From the NCBI GenBank assembly GCA_964633905.1, contig CAZWIT010000001.1, positions 65,535 to 129,534 of the forward strand: a DNA stretch of 64,000 nt, written 5' to 3'. Each line of letters opens with the position of its first letter. Positions within the stretch are counted from its first letter, which is position 1. This document shows, one piece after another, positions 63,254-64,000 of this stretch. The notes under the pieces were generated by a model. The model had not been told where the DNA came from. It saw nothing but the letters and a program-made list of their open reading frames with translations, and made no database searches. This stretch comes from an uncultured Gammaproteobacteria bacterium. GTDB taxonomy: Bacteria; Patescibacteriota; Patescibacteriia; UBA1558; GWA2-36-10. A program made the position numbers and the translations under genes.

Positions 63254-63850
63254 ATGTTTTCCAGTGAAGTACTCAACACCAAGTGGTTGTTTACAAATAT
63301 TTTTGAGTGTTTGCAAATCAAGTTTGATGCACAAGAGATTAGCCTAGATAGGCCGATTCGGGCAGTTATTACTGCTAATAACACAGAACAAAGGCTTGAA
63401 AATCAACGTATGCAATATAATCGTTTTTTGTATCTACGTTTGGCTAAAAAAATATGGATTTTGTGTTTGGGTGCTAATGAAACCGATGATGGTGTTAATT
63501 ATATAGCAGATTTATCTGCTTTGCGTATTTTTGATACCAAATTGCAAGCTATGGAAACTATTGCTGAAATTAAGGCTAGACTTAGGTCTAGTCGCACTTT
63601 TCATTATTCCTTGCTTTGTGCTCGGGCTAGTAATGATTTACTTTTTCCTTTAGAAAGTATGCATTATGAAATGATGCAGGTTTTTTCTGATGTTGATCCA
63701 AATATTTTTTGGGTAGAAGCTCGTCATCGTGATCTTAGTTTTGGTGATAATCAATTTCGTGATCCTCATTTACAAGCTGGTTTTTATAAAGAAAATGCTT
63801 TGACACATTTTGTCAATTTAATGGCTAATGTTTTGGTAACGCCTGACTAA
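63254..63850 (+). CDS. Hypothetical 198-aa protein (SD-bearing)
   Basis: SD AGGAGG 7 nt before ATG. No motif recognised. Confidence 0.5.
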   Translation: MFSSEVLNTKWLFTNIFECLQIKFDAQEISLDRPIRAVITANNTEQRLENQRMQYNRFLYLRLAKKIWILCLGANETDDGVNYIADLSALRIFDTKLQAMETIAEIKARLRSSRTFHYSLLCARASNDLLFPLESMHYEMMQVFSDVDPNIFWVEARHRDLSFGDNQFRDPHLQAGFYKENALTHFVNLMANVLVTPD

Positions 63851-64000
63851 ATTTTGTGTAGAGATAAAATTTTGATAAAGTCTAGCCACTCTGGCTAGAC
63901 TTTTTATTTAAAATAAGCATTGACTTTGTTTATTTTTTATGTTATAAAATTTTATGCATTTTATCAGTCCCTTTCACTTGTTGGTCAAGCAAAACACGGA

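Noticed and set aside
1-64000. CRISPR arrays, rRNA genes, transposases/integrases, alternative genetic code (UGA recoding)
   Set aside because: No regularly spaced short repeats were seen. No rRNA-like conserved blocks. No DDE/tyrosine-recombinase motifs among ORFs. Long uninterrupted ORFs (e.g. 2065 aa) under the standard code argue against stop-codon reassignment.

Overview
This is a low-GC (~35%) bacterial window. Native genes almost uniformly lack Shine-Dalgarno (SD) sequences, while sigma70-type TTGACA-17-TATAAT promoters recur. Native core genes include rpsB (3' end), tsf, yaaT/PSP1, gap, cysS, trpS, pgk, eno, two tandem gpmI paralogs, uppP, mltG and rplJ-rplL. They also include the dcw cluster (mraZ-rsmH-ftsL-ftsI-murF), rplU and, on the minus strand, recR-ybaB-dnaB. 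Six tRNAs are present: Val-TAC, Trp-CCA, Glu-CTC, Val-CAC, Lys-TTT, and a 5' fragment of tRNA-Lys. Embedded in this backbone are several accessory segments with atypical composition and strong SD sites. (1) A tryptophan-centred island at 9.3-14.3 kb: a TrpD-like/LMW-phosphatase operon behind a candidate T-box leader, tRNA-Trp, and a second divergent trpS co-transcribed with a PLP-dependent decarboxylase. (2) Compact promoter-SD-gene-terminator cassettes (moron-like) of 42-65% GC. Three share an almost identical extended -10 promoter. They sit next to tRNA genes at 57.6-59.2 kb and 62.4-63.9 kb, and singly at 47.2-47.6 kb and 5.4-5.9 kb. (3) Two RHS/YD polymorphic-toxin loci: a mini RHS-tip-CHAP gene with an immunity candidate, and a 2065-aa SpvB-FG-GAP-RHS giant with two immunity candidates. 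Between them lies an 838-aa Nudix-MTase-CYTH-HAD fusion gene bracketed by 64-bp direct repeats. (4) An acyl-CoA ligase / alpha-oxoamine synthase / 7TM-GAF histidine-kinase operon (CqsA/CqsS-like), plus three extra paralogs of its 7TM sensor domain. Structured non-coding elements include ribosomal-leader-like attenuators upstream of rplJ and rplU, a dispersed hairpin repeat family (3 copies, with compensatory substitutions), and an mraZ control region combining three perfect DnaA boxes with AAAGTGG MraZ-type repeats. No CRISPR array, rRNA, transposase or integrase was recognised. All calls are from reading the sequence by eye; no homology search or folding was run.
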